From Acidobacteriota bacterium (GTDB lineage Bacteria > Acidobacteriota > Vicinamibacteria > Vicinamibacterales > UBA2999), in contig QHWQ01000021.1 in NCBI GenBank assembly GCA_003222635.1, positions 1,737-64,950 of the forward strand: a DNA stretch of 63,214 nucleotides, given 5' to 3'. Position numbers and translations under genes: made by a program. How positions within the stretch are numbered: position 1 is the stretch's first letter; every line of letters begins with the position of its first letter. This document shows positions 62,830 to 63,214 of the stretch, piece after piece. The notes under the pieces were generated by a model. It did no database searches, was not told the DNA's origin, and saw only the letters and a program-made list of their open reading frames with translations.

Positions 62830-63214
62830 ATGGTATACGCGTTCCGCGCGCTCGTCGTGGCGGCCCTGTGCCTCGGCTGCGCAACCGTTGCACACACACA
62901 GACCCTGCTGGAGTCGAGCGCCGAGGCGCGGTTCCAGCTCGATTTCCACGTTCCTGATGCGGCGCTGATGGCGATGCTGCCGCCGGGATTCACGTTGAAT
63001 GTCGCGACCCAGGGTGCCGCGAAGGACGCGAACGTCCGCGTCATCTTCGTGGACCGCATGACGGTCAACGGTCCGGACGGCAAGCCGATTGGGAAGGGAT
63101 CGAGCCGGCTGGTCTATCTCGCGTCACCAGTCAAGGATCCGAGCGGCGCGAACGCGCAGGTGGTGATCGGCGGCATTACGGACAATCCCGCGGATGTGCC
63201 GGGCCCGTTCGGCA
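62830..63214 (+). CDS. Secreted hypothetical protein, runs off the window end
   Basis: GAGGG RBS, ATG 62830, signal-like MVYAFRALVVAALCLG..., open frame to 63214. Confidence 0.7.
   Translation, partial: MVYAFRALVVAALCLGCATVAHTQTLLESSAEARFQLDFHVPDAALMAMLPPGFTLNVATQGAAKDANVRVIFVDRMTVNGPDGKPIGKGSSRLVYLASPVKDPSGANAQVVIGGITDNPADVPGPFG

Overview
High-GC bacterial window whose gene content points to Acidobacteriota, probably Vicinamibacteria (inference from family recognition; no search run). It holds about 50 mostly housekeeping, envelope and peptide-scavenging genes: four M16 peptidases, lpxB, acnA, queG, yqgE, an M49 peptidase, typA, mreB, terC, rsgA, an ExeA-like ATPase, msrP, dinB, dut, ettA, a ubiD-family gene, an MNT-HEPN toxin-antitoxin pair, apaG, an ABC exporter and two TonB-dependent receptors. 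No rRNA, tRNA or CRISPR array was seen. The most notable signal is a repeat system. A HUH/Y1 REP-associated transposase (RAYT) sits next to a GT(A/G)G-headed 23-nt palindrome. Copies of that palindrome recur as singlets and doublets across the window, including in frame inside lpxB and the ubiD-family gene. Further 7-nt and 9-nt periodic repeats form long hairpins between genes and supply a signal-peptide core and a domain linker in an M16 subunit. Several genes look leaderless, and three sigma-54-type promoters are visible. Caveat: about a dozen unrelated genes each lack one internal block and one carries an exact 79-bp copy of a neighbouring gene. This most likely reflects assembly or gap-removal artefacts rather than real pseudogenes.
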